Source of the DNA: Escherichia coli
GTDB lineage: Bacteria; Pseudomonadota; Gammaproteobacteria; Enterobacterales; Enterobacteriaceae
Length of the DNA: 64,000 nt
Strand: one strand, 5' to 3'
Assembly: GCA_902500205.1 (NCBI GenBank)
Contig: GCA_902500205.1_4868.1
The notes below the pieces were generated by a model. That model worked only from the letters and a program-made list of their open reading frames with translations. It ran no database searches and was not told where the DNA came from. Position numbers and translations under genes: made by a program. Shown here in pieces: positions 1 through 10,400 of the stretch (position 1 is the first letter of the stretch; the number at the start of each line of letters is the position of its first letter).

Positions 1-148
1 GTATCGCGATGGGTTAGGTGCGGATGTAAACATGTCTCCGGATGACGAGATGGTTATCCCTGGACTTGACCCGGACGCAGGTGTGGAAGGTGGCGTTGAC
101 CCGTCGAAAGACGACGACAACTGCACTGGTGGTGCGTGCAAGATTTAA
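1..148 (+). CDS. 3-prime end of a gene that starts upstream of the window (partial)
   Basis: Frame open from window edge to TAA at 146-148; followed by palindrome plus T-run terminator. Confidence 0.3.
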   Translation, partial: YRDGLGADVNMSPDDEMVIPGLDPDAGVEGGVDPSKDDDNCTGGACKI

Positions 149-159
149 AATACGTATTA

Positions 160-193
160 GGGTGTCCATATGGACACCCTAATTATTTTTTTG
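160..193 (+). terminator. intrinsic terminator (20-bp perfect palindrome GGGTGTCCATATGGACACCC plus T-run)
   Basis: Perfect palindrome at 160-179 followed by TAATTATTTTTTTG. Confidence 0.55.
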
Positions 194-210
194 TTTAAGG
201 AGCTATCAAT

Positions 211-1152
211 ATGGGCGAACGTTTCACTATCCAGATTCCGTATAACGTTATTGTTGAACCTAACCAGTACCTGGCACAGATTAATGAGCTTCTGGCTGGA
301 TTCTGCCAACGTCAGTTTGTTAAACCGTGGTCCTTTGAGAAACTGTACACTCTATGCGTGAACAGTGAAACCGGCCACACGTATGTCGAAGGTAAAGTCT
401 TCACAGGCGACCAGCGTTTGGAAGTAAATGATTTCGAAATGCCGTGGACATTGGAAGGTGTCGAGTATCGTGGTACGGTTGATCGCCCGCGTTACGTGCC
501 TTTGTACACCATCCCACAATGTATTACTAACGTTATGGGTTGGTCTAAAGCGCGTGGTATTCTGGATAACGGCGTCTGGTATAGCCAAGCCACCAAACTC
601 TACGAAGAAGACGGTGAAGCGGCAACCGGTATCAGTAAAAACAAACGCCGTTACATCATGGACGGTATCGGTGATGCTCTGGTCGTGCTGGTTAACTTGA
701 TGGAACTCATTAAGTTTGACTCGACCGATATCAGCACATATGTCAACGAAGCGCGTTCAAAGAACCCACATGCCGGGAACAGTCATTACTTGTTCCACAA
801 AATGCGTTTCCACCTCACAGCAGCTGTTGATTACATCTGGGATCAAGCCGGCATCGACTCAGCTAAGCAACTCGAATATAAACACTTCGAGAACAGCGAC
901 GCGGTAATGATCGAATGTCACTTCGCTCAGATGGTCGAATACGCCAATGCGCTGGCTAATGCGTACGATATGACTCTGGAACAGTGCTTCTCTCTGGCGT
1001 GGGATGAAATCAAAGACCGTAAGGGTTTCCTGAACGCGGACGGTATATTCGTTAAAGAAGCAGACATGACCGCCGCTGAAATCGAAGTAAACGGTTCCCT
1101 TACTGTAAAAGATGAGGCGTTTACCGATGGCGAAGAAACTGTTCACGGTTGA
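211..1152 (+). CDS. hypothetical protein (313 aa)
   Basis: ATG at 211 with AAGGAG about 9 nt upstream; long ORF. Confidence 0.75.
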   Translation: MGERFTIQIPYNVIVEPNQYLAQINELLAGFCQRQFVKPWSFEKLYTLCVNSETGHTYVEGKVFTGDQRLEVNDFEMPWTLEGVEYRGTVDRPRYVPLYTIPQCITNVMGWSKARGILDNGVWYSQATKLYEEDGEAATGISKNKRRYIMDGIGDALVVLVNLMELIKFDSTDISTYVNEARSKNPHAGNSHYLFHKMRFHLTAAVDYIWDQAGIDSAKQLEYKHFENSDAVMIECHFAQMVEYANALANAYDMTLEQCFSLAWDEIKDRKGFLNADGIFVKEADMTAAEIEVNGSLTVKDEAFTDGEETVHG

Positions 1153-1549
1153 TTACGATGAATACGTTGATCGTTTACTGGTCAACAATATCGTCTGGGA
1201 AGACCACGGTCTAATGCCATGGCATCTGAAACTCCTAGCGGAGCGTTCAGAACAATGTGGTGGTTTGGAGTTCGTACTTACAGACACGCCAATTCCGGTA
1301 CCACATATTGCGCCAGTGGAAAATCTGTACTTCTTCGATGCTAATGTGAAGTTACTACAGCAGGTACTCTATACGCATGATTGGCGAGGAGGCTGTCAAT
1401 TCCCAGAGAACGTTTTAAAGCTCTCTGAACGCTTCGGCACCGACATTGCGTACTGTCAAACGTTTCCAAAAGACTTGGGACGAAACAGCGTGGTTCTGTG
1501 GTATTACCCTCCGGTAGAAGATATCGTAAAAGTGATTATTGAACGCTAA
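1127..1549 (+). CDS. hypothetical protein (about 141 aa)
   Basis: ORF 1112..1549; ATG at 1127 has GAGG 9 nt upstream; overlaps stop of previous gene. Confidence 0.6.
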   Translation: MAKKLFTVDYDEYVDRLLVNNIVWEDHGLMPWHLKLLAERSEQCGGLEFVLTDTPIPVPHIAPVENLYFFDANVKLLQQVLYTHDWRGGCQFPENVLKLSERFGTDIAYCQTFPKDLGRNSVVLWYYPPVEDIVKVIIER

Positions 1550-1563
1550 AAAATAAAGCAAAC

Positions 1564-1603
1564 GAGTACCCCGTTAGGGGTACTCGCATTACTTATTTTT
1601 TTG
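1564..1603. terminator. bidirectional intrinsic terminator between convergent genes
   Basis: Hairpin GAGTACCCC-GTTA-GGGGTACTC flanked by A-run upstream and T-run downstream. Confidence 0.6.
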
Positions 1604-2155
1604 TTACGCTTGAGTCATGTCGGAGATGTCATAAACCAGACCGTTCAACTCAGTAACGGTGATCAGTTTACTGATATCGACACCATCGCTCGGAACTTCG
1701 GTCAAATAAACTTCAACCGTACCCGTCCACGCCAGTGACTTTCCATTGAAACGCAAATTGTGTTTCGTGGAAGACGTCATTGACTCCGTCGCATAAATCT
1801 CGCTCGCATCAATCAACCAATTGTACTTGGCCTGTAACAACGGAACGAGGTCGGCGGCTGTATTGGCGCTACTACCGTCCACAGACAGCACCACGTTTTC
1901 AAACAGGTGGGCTACGTCCAGTCGACGGTAAGTAAGACCCATCTTACCAAACGTACCTTTCTCAACGATACCAGAAACATCGAGACTGGTGTTCAGTCTG
2001 GTGTACTGTTCTGGGTCAGGATCGGCTGCGGTGATGTGCGACGGGTTACCGAACGACAATTTATCGATGGTCACGCCCTTACCAGTCAGTCCAGGATTCT
2101 GAGACACGATGAGATCGTAAACCAACTCTTTTGCGGTTTTTCCAAATAAACTCAT
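1604..2155 (-). CDS. hypothetical protein (183 aa), possible virion protein
   Basis: ATG start with AGAGG upstream; complete ORF. Confidence 0.7.
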   Translation of the reverse strand: MSLFGKTAKELVYDLIVSQNPGLTGKGVTIDKLSFGNPSHITAADPDPEQYTRLNTSLDVSGIVEKGTFGKMGLTYRRLDVAHLFENVVLSVDGSSANTAADLVPLLQAKYNWLIDASEIYATESMTSSTKHNLRFNGKSLAWTGTVEVYLTEVPSDGVDISKLITVTELNGLVYDISDMTQA

Positions 2156-2177
2156 AATGCGCTACCTCTGTGGTGTA

Positions 2178-4439
2178 CTATCGCGCTTGTGGTAGGAAAA
2201 TGTTCGCGATTTGTCGTGCTGGTATGATATCTAACGCGGCGTTGACGATGCTGCCCTGTGACCAGGCACTTGCCCAGTTCTGCGCCCAGATAGACGCGTT
2301 GATTTTAGCCTGCGCGATACCGTTGGTACGCTCGTAAAGCGTGGCAGCGCCCAACACAGACATAAATTCACTGAACTTGTTATCATCATCAAACACACCA
2401 ATATCGGTTACAATCGGCATGTACATAACGCGTGACAGGTCACGAATAGTTACCTGTATATCACATGACAACGGCAGACCGTCAGCACGCCACCCTAACC
2501 CACCTGTACCAAACTGGAGACTCAAGTTAGTTACCATGGCATTACGCATGGAATAACGACCACGAGAATAACACTCCAGATAGAACGGGTGCGTAAACGA
2601 TTGTTTACCGGTTGCTAACGGGCAAACTGCCGCTAACCAGAACGACAACGGGACAATCAGATCCTGGAACACATCTAAGTCGTTACCCGACCAACAGCGA
2701 AGGGGAATGCTTAGCGAGATATCGTCACCTGAGGTGTCTGAGGAGTCCCACACTTCCGGGAAGTCAATCACTGACGAGTTGTACAGCGACATAATCCCTG
2801 ATAAATGCAAGAAATCGAGTGCGCCTGTAAAGGCGGACTTCAACCCAGTAATGAGACCATCGACTGCGTCGAAACCAGTCTTACCACCAGAGAGGTTTAC
2901 TTCTAAAGAACGTGCTTTCTGTGTGGCGGAGTTAACCGTGCCAGAGATTTCAGGTTCTTTGGTGGTGTTGGAGAACGAACGCCCTACGGTATCACGTCCA
3001 TCAACACGCCAAGTAATCCACTGCGAACCATTGCGTATCTCCGAAGCGATGTTCGAAGTTAACCCATCCATAGCGCCTTCTAAAATATCGATATAGTCTT
3101 TGAAGACGCTACCGACAGATTCTTTCTGGCCTTGGTCCATCCAGTTTTCAATCTTCCCAATGTCGAGATTATTCTCATCCATTGAGTTTGCTTCGGTCTG
3201 ACTTTTAGCAACCTGTGCCTGGTTCTTTTCAACCTGTGCCATACGCTCGGCAAGCTCTTTACGTTGCGCATCACCTTCGTTTTCGAAGTTTTCAGCTTTA
3301 CCTCCTTGTGACTGAGCATCCTGAAGGCTTCCGTTCATCCCTGCTACCAGTTCGTCTTCTTTGTTATCGACGTTTTCAAAACCGGCATCGTACCCTTTAC
3401 CGGCTTTGGCTACGTATTCAAGGTTACGTAAAGAAACCTCGTACTGCGCAGCTTTCTCCAAATGGGTTGTTGAGTACGTCGCTTCCAGATAGAAGTTTCG
3501 CAAACGACGAGCCATGTCCTCTTCGTTACTCGACTCTTTACGAATTTTATCGATGGTTTTCGCCTGGTAGTTGGCTAATGTTTGGTAGCGGTTAATCATT
3601 CGATAGATATCGAACTCACCATCAGCTGTCCAGATTTCTGGCAGCATGGAGTACCACTCTTTACGGTCGCCGTTGTACTTGTTAGCAGTACCGCCTTTCT
3701 CAGACCCATCTACAGCATTAGCAAGCTGGAAAGTCCCTAACACACCCGTTGGCACCAATCGGCGATAAACTAACTGGGTGTTGACCATATTCTGCACAGC
3801 GCGCAGATACAAGTGCATTGTCGGTTTCACGTAGTAGTAGCGAGAAGTCTGCTTGTTCAGCACCATCTTCAACATACGTGGTGTAATTAGAATAACCGCA
3901 AAGGCAACCGTACCTACTGCGGCCCATATTGCTGCGGCGGCAACATACGTCCCCATCGCACGCAACATACCAGGGTAGTCACCTGTGCGCGCCAGATACG
4001 CTAGGTTGGAATCGTACATATTCGCGAAGAATGCAGCGACCCCGATATATCGAGGTTTACCGAAACGACAATGAAGATAAAAACTGTTTTGGTTAATAGC
4101 TTCGTAATAGAAAGTCCCTAAACGATAGGAACCACGTTGGTCTTGACCTTTAACGTACTTTGAGTACGAGCCACGACCTGCATCAGGTTGTGCAAAAGCA
4201 CCTGTTGAACTCGGATCAGCAAACATCGTAAACTGCGGCGGCGCATTTAACGCTTGCGAACCACCCATCGTGGTATCTTCAAACGAGAGCATCGCGTTAG
4301 AGTAACGACGCAAACCCAGGAAGCGCTCATCGCGTTGTGCGGTTGTACCGCCAAACAGGCCGGTTACCCATCCTGAATCTTTTAGTTGTCTTGCTTCCAC
4401 GTAAAACCTCTCTGTAAGATGATTAGGGGGTGTTGCCAC
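2178..4439 (-). CDS. hypothetical large protein (753 aa) with coiled-coil region and one hydrophobic segment
   Basis: GTG start 9 nt downstream of giant gene stop; hydrophobic stretch TYVAAAAIWAAVGTVAFAVILI. Confidence 0.7.
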   Translation of the reverse strand: MATPPNHLTERFYVEARQLKDSGWVTGLFGGTTAQRDERFLGLRRYSNAMLSFEDTTMGGSQALNAPPQFTMFADPSSTGAFAQPDAGRGSYSKYVKGQDQRGSYRLGTFYYEAINQNSFYLHCRFGKPRYIGVAAFFANMYDSNLAYLARTGDYPGMLRAMGTYVAAAAIWAAVGTVAFAVILITPRMLKMVLNKQTSRYYYVKPTMHLYLRAVQNMVNTQLVYRRLVPTGVLGTFQLANAVDGSEKGGTANKYNGDRKEWYSMLPEIWTADGEFDIYRMINRYQTLANYQAKTIDKIRKESSNEEDMARRLRNFYLEATYSTTHLEKAAQYEVSLRNLEYVAKAGKGYDAGFENVDNKEDELVAGMNGSLQDAQSQGGKAENFENEGDAQRKELAERMAQVEKNQAQVAKSQTEANSMDENNLDIGKIENWMDQGQKESVGSVFKDYIDILEGAMDGLTSNIASEIRNGSQWITWRVDGRDTVGRSFSNTTKEPEISGTVNSATQKARSLEVNLSGGKTGFDAVDGLITGLKSAFTGALDFLHLSGIMSLYNSSVIDFPEVWDSSDTSGDDISLSIPLRCWSGNDLDVFQDLIVPLSFWLAAVCPLATGKQSFTHPFYLECYSRGRYSMRNAMVTNLSLQFGTGGLGWRADGLPLSCDIQVTIRDLSRVMYMPIVTDIGVFDDDNKFSEFMSVLGAATLYERTNGIAQAKINASIWAQNWASAWSQGSIVNAALDIIPARQIANIFLPQAR

Positions 4440-4448
4440 CCCCTACGA

Positions 4449-7400
4449 TTAGCTTGCTTTCCGACTTACGTTTAACGACGGTGTCGGTTGGGTTATTTCC
4501 TGCCTACGTGCAGCTGAGCCCGGAGGAGCCACATTTGCCGCTTGCTGGATACTACCACCCCGTGTGTCGTTTGCCGCTCTTGGATTTGATTTCAAAATAT
4601 CACGAATCTCTTTCAAGTAATCGCGAGACTGAATCAGTACCTTGAGCTGCTGAACATCTATCGGGTCACCATTCAGCGTTGGCGTCGATGCTGTAGCATC
4701 AGAAGTTGGAGCGGCAACTGGACGAGCTGCTGCGTTAACCTGCGCTTCCGCGCCTGCTTTCACTTTAGCAACATCCGTTGCAGACAATCCTTCTGCTGCA
4801 GCTTGCGACGCTACGGTTTCGGCTGTTGTTGAGGCATCGGATGTTCCGGAACCACCTGTAGTTGGTGTAGGTGCTGCTGGTCCTACATTACCTGCGGCGG
4901 TAGCCATTGCATCTTGTGCCGCCATGGCCCCTTTCTGCGTCAATGCGTCATCACGACGATTAGCATTATCTGCTGGCAGGTTATCTGCTGGCGACAGACT
5001 CGGGTCATTAGCGGCCGGTGCACCCATTGCTGCTGCCGGGTTGGTTGGTGAGTTAGGCGACAATCCTGCAACCATATCCTTCGTCTTGCTCGGGTCGGCA
5101 GCGACTTCGTTGGCGGAAATTGCGCCCATGCGGCGGTTCAGTTCCTGAATAACCCCGTCTACGCTACGTATACGACCGTTGCTGTAGAAGACGTTGGCAT
5201 TCCCTCTCAATATTGCGGATGTAATCCCAGGAGCACTCGATGCCGCCATGTTCGGATTACGCTTCCATGCTTCCAGGAATTTCTTACCGCCGCCTGCACC
5301 CAGGAAGTGGTACAGATAAGCCACGGCTGGAGGTGGTGCTTTACCACCCAGGTCACGCTGTGCTTGTTGGATGTTGTCACGAATGAACTGTACACCCAAT
5401 ATAGCATTCGCCCACGGGTCCATTTGGTTAACACGCGGAATACCAAACTTCCGCGAATACCCCTTCATCATCCCGTTCCACGTGCCGTCAATGAACTGGA
5501 ACAGCCCAGACGCCGAAGCATACGGGTTTTTAGCGGTGTAGTTAAATCCGGACTCCGCCTTAGCCATTGCTAACGCCACTGCAGGTGGCACGCCCATCAT
5601 GTTCGCCGCATCGGTAATCAATGCTTTGATATTCGGAACGTTCAACGCACCCTTTCTACCCAACATTTCTATCGGGTATTTTTCAGCCAGTGACTTATAA
5701 TCACCGTCTTTCACATCACTCAGGTTAATCGAAGACGAACCAGTGGTCATTGCAGCGTAGTTCCGCACACCACCAACCGCATCGACGACTTGACCCAAGT
5801 TACCCGGCACACCACCACTCGTACCCGATGGAATGTAGCCTGAGGCGCGAGCACCGTCAGATGACAAAGAATCTCCCGAACTGATGTTCGAGTCTTCTTC
5901 ATCTTCATCGGTGACTTCCAGAGAACTGCGGTTCTTGTTACGATCCTTCCAGCGCGCACGCTTGCCATTATTTCTAATGGCTTTAATCATGTTACGCACG
6001 GCAAGGTCAGCTTCTTTTGACAGCAGCTTCAGCGTTTCCAGTTCGGCTTTGATGGACGATGGGTTCGTGTTAGCCTCACCCCCTAATGGGTTGATATTCA
6101 CTTCCCACACCGACTGTCTTATACCACCTTTCAAGCTGTAGGCTGTTGACATCATCAAGCTGATTTCGTACAGGTAGCCGCCGGTCAGCTTCAAGTTCAG
6201 CGGATCGGCTGTTGGCAGGTAACGCTTCACCCCAACCAAATACGTCATGAATACCGGTAAGAAACGGTCAAAGAACCACCGTTTCAAACGATCTTCTTTC
6301 GGTGTACCGATAGCGTCTGGAACCATCGAGGCGATTGCTTTCTTCCAATCTCCTTTGTAGCTTGCGGTTTTCACGTCAATGTCTTTGATGACGTTCTTCT
6401 CGAATACCGTGATCAAAGTGCGGGTGGCGTTATCGATGGTGGTAAAGCCGTAAGTCTTCCAACGCACCGATTCCATCGCATTCATGTCTTTCTGGTCGAG
6501 CACCGCATTCCAGTCTACCTGAATCTGAACCTGCTCTGTTCCGTCTTCCCAACCTTCTACCTTCGCCAGATTTTTGTTACGTTCGTTATCCAGCTGTCCT
6601 AGTTTGTTGATAGCTTCATCAACGCCAGCGGATTTAATCCCCTCCACGGCCGGTGCCATTCCGTACTTACGTGCTTTCTTATCGTCCATTCTGGACTTGA
6701 TTGCACGCTCGACTTCATTCTGCACTTCCATAACCTCTTCACCGCTCAAAAACTCCTTCGGTGTAAAGGTTACGACGTCCCAAGCCTTCGAGAAGAAACC
6801 TTGGTTGACTTTGCGTGGGTCAGTTAACGAAGAGAACGCTTTTGCATCCTTAGTCATCTTCATTTTGTTGAAGAGAGTCAGCATGTCCTCTTTCGATACT
6901 TTCTTCGCATCGCCGACGTCAGCCAACTGGATACTGTTCGGCATTGACTTCAGTGCCGTAATCCAGCGGAGATAAATCGGAATAAAGCGCTGAAGCATAA
7001 ACGCTTGGAAGGCCAACATCTCGCCTTTTTCCTCAACGTTAATACCGAACCCTTCAGCTAGCTTCTGAACGTCTTTTCCACTTAGCCCGCGGAGACTGGC
7101 TTGGCCATCTTCCGCGTAAGACACATACTCACGCAATGCGTCTTCTAAGTAACGCGCTTTCGCCCCGTCGTCCGACGACCACTTATCGTAATCACGGAAA
7201 CCGTACTGAGCTAAACGCATCTTATCCAGGTACTGGGTATAGGTAGTCGTTGCAATCCTGTACGCGGCGTAACCAGCCGCGGCGATCGCACCACCGATAA
7301 GAATTGCCGGCCAGCCCACTGCTGTCACGACGGCAGATGCCGCAGTTGCCACAGCGGACACCGCGGGTGCCGCCAAACGGGTTACTGCGAACTTACCGAC

Positions 7401-10400
7401 ATTCCACGCAGCCTTACCTAAAAGACCTACTGGTTTTAACACACCCCATTTCGTGATAGAACCGAGTATATTACCCACAGTTCCCAAGATACTGACGATG
7501 GGACCGATGATAGGTAAGCCTTTCACCATATCCCACAGACCGCCAGATTTCCCTTTGGAGCCCCGCGCTTTCTCTTTCTTCTCCTTACGTTTCTCACGCC
7601 AACGTTTGAAGAAGTTAAGGTAGTCGCGTTTTTCATCACTTTCAGGTGGCTTGTTACGTTTACCGAACTTCGCAAACATGGTACGAATAATGCCATCGTC
7701 ACCACCTGCACGGGATACTGATTCGCGCATGGTGTTAAACCATGACATCTCTTGCAAGCCGATCATTCGGTCCAAGCGTTCGAATAACCTTGCACCTGCA
7801 GACTTGGCAGCATTCTTCCCTTTGTTGATAACCCGACCTGCTGCATCGCGCGCGGTCTCAAGGTCGTCCTTCGCGTCACCGTAGACTTTACGGCCAGAAA
7901 GACCACCTTTCGCGTTCAAATGGCTGCGATAAAACTCAGCAACATCGTCATCACGTCCAGCCAACCGACGTTCAACTTCGTAACGTGTAGCAATGTCGTG
8001 TCGTGCTCCACGATATCCATCGAGCATATCCCCAGCCCGGCCTCGGAAACCACTGAACCAACCACGCAGGCGGTCACGTCCACGACCAAAGAACGCTTTT
8101 GTTCTTGACCAACGTCCACCAAAACGTTCAGACAATGACGATTTCGCACGATTATACGCCCCGCGAACTGCACGGCCGATCGTACTACCACCGCCACCGA
8201 CACCCTTCTCCATTTCTTCTGTCCAACTTTCGTCTTCCGGATCACCCGGTAAACGTTGGTTCAACAGTTTGTAGATACGGATAAGAATGTGGTTGGTTTT
8301 CTTGCCGGTTGATGAGAAGAGACTGAAACCACCACCCCCACCATCTTTACGGCCTTTCCACCAACGCGTCAGTGGGTTGTCGGTAATCATGTCTTTCAGA
8401 CGGTCGACACCACGTTTCGCAAAACCGAGCACTTTACCCGGTAAGCTCGTTACGCGGTTGAACGCTTTCTGGAGACGTGTCTTTTCTTCGCCTTCCGGAA
8501 TCTCGTTCAGCCAGTCCTTAATCTTACCAACGATGCTGCCCGCTTTCGGTGACAGGAAATCCAGGAACCGTTTCGGTAGCTTAGCCACCTTATTAAAGCC
8601 TAAGCCAATCTTACTGGCCAGACCTTGGGTCAGTGCTTGGATTTTCCCGCCTTTATAGTAGCGGAGTTTACCCGCAGCGGCTAAGTCAGCGGCTGCTAAT
8701 ACCAGATTACCTGCGGAGTCAACAATATCACTCCCCAGTTTGATGTCGTCCAGCGTTTTCAGCTGAACCATTTTACCATCAATGACCTGATAGTATTCTC
8801 CAGCTTCCAGACGCGCACCTTGCAGAACAACATTACCGTGGTCATCGTAAACGTCGCGGATACCCAGCAATCCTTTACCGAAAGAGCTTACCGCTTCAAA
8901 GCCCCCACGGACACTACCGCTGATAAGGCCACGCATCCGGGTTAAGAAACCAGGACCTTCTCCGCCGCCCATCCCCGCGATTTTACCGCGCGCCCAGCCA
9001 CCGAACTGATTCAGTTTATTCCAGGCACCTTTAACACCACGTTTTGCAAAGCCACCGATTCCTGCTGCAGTGTCGAACAACACACCGCCCCAACGACGAA
9101 TAAGCCCATCCTCACCGATGATAATACGGCGGCGTTTACCGCCACCGCTACCACCACCAGGACGAGGTGGTCCCATCTCTTCGTCACCAGAACCAGCACC
9201 CCCTGCTAACGAAGCCAGGAGAACCCCTTCTTCGTCCATACTTCTGACGTGTTCCAGAATTTTCTGGAGGGTGTCACTGTTGTTGTTACCCCGAATCGCT
9301 TCGATGATACCGTCAAAGTTATTCCGTGGTGCTTCTTCGCCACGGTTACGTTGACTCAACAATTCAACAAAGTTAGTCGAGGTTTCACCGTAGAGAACTG
9401 CGGCTAACTGCCGAGGCGACATTCCGCGGCCTTTACCACCGCCACGTAAAGCCGGCGGCAACGACGTGTCATCGGCACCACCACTTGCCCCTTGGTTCAT
9501 TCGGCGCAGATAGTCGCCTAACGCCGAACCGTTTTGCAGCTTACGTTGAATCTCCTGCTCACGAGTCAACGCACGACCGCTGCGTGTCTTACCCATTGCC
9601 AAGTCATTAAACAAGGTATAGGGATCGGACAGGTCTTTATCCACGCCGAAAGTGTCACTCTTCGCGTCGTAGTTAAAGATACCCGCATCGCGCAATGCTC
9701 GCTCACCGTAAATATTCACCGCCTCGTCGATAATTGCCTGACGTTGGGTGATAGATGACTGCACTGTGGAGATTTTGCGGGCCAGCTCGTTACTTAATTC
9801 GTTGCTACCGCCGACCAAGCTATCAGAATGCCCCTGTAACGCTTCCTTAATGCGTTCTGCGGCGTTTCCTGGCATATACCGATGAAGATGCATCGGGTCT
9901 TTCAGAATCGCTTCTACGTCGAATGCACGACCCTGCGAGGCACGTGACTCGATATAGTCGGCAAGATGCTGCCGATCCTTCTGCGAGAGCGTTTTGCCAC
10001 GGTCAACAAAATCTACAGTGCTGTTAATGGAATTTTGGAGACGCAGACGTTGCTCATCGTTTGCAACCGCCTTGCGTACGCGGTTACCGAGCACTTTGCG
10101 GTCTACAAAACCGCGGCTGGTGATGTCGTATTCCAGGTCGGCATGTTCGCCATAACCCCGACGAACAGATTTGTTAATCTCTGCCAGCCAGGCAGGAATA
10201 ACTTCAACCAGGCTAAGATATGCTTTACGGTCAAATTTCGCCGAACGGCTTAACGTTTCGCCATTACGTTCGTCAAGGAAGGCTTTCTCACGGTTTAACG
10301 GTTGGACAATACCGAGTTCATTCAATACCCGGAACAAATCCGCCAACGGTCCTTGCGTTTCGCCTGCGATGGCCGAGTTAGAGATAGAGGAAAGATTACC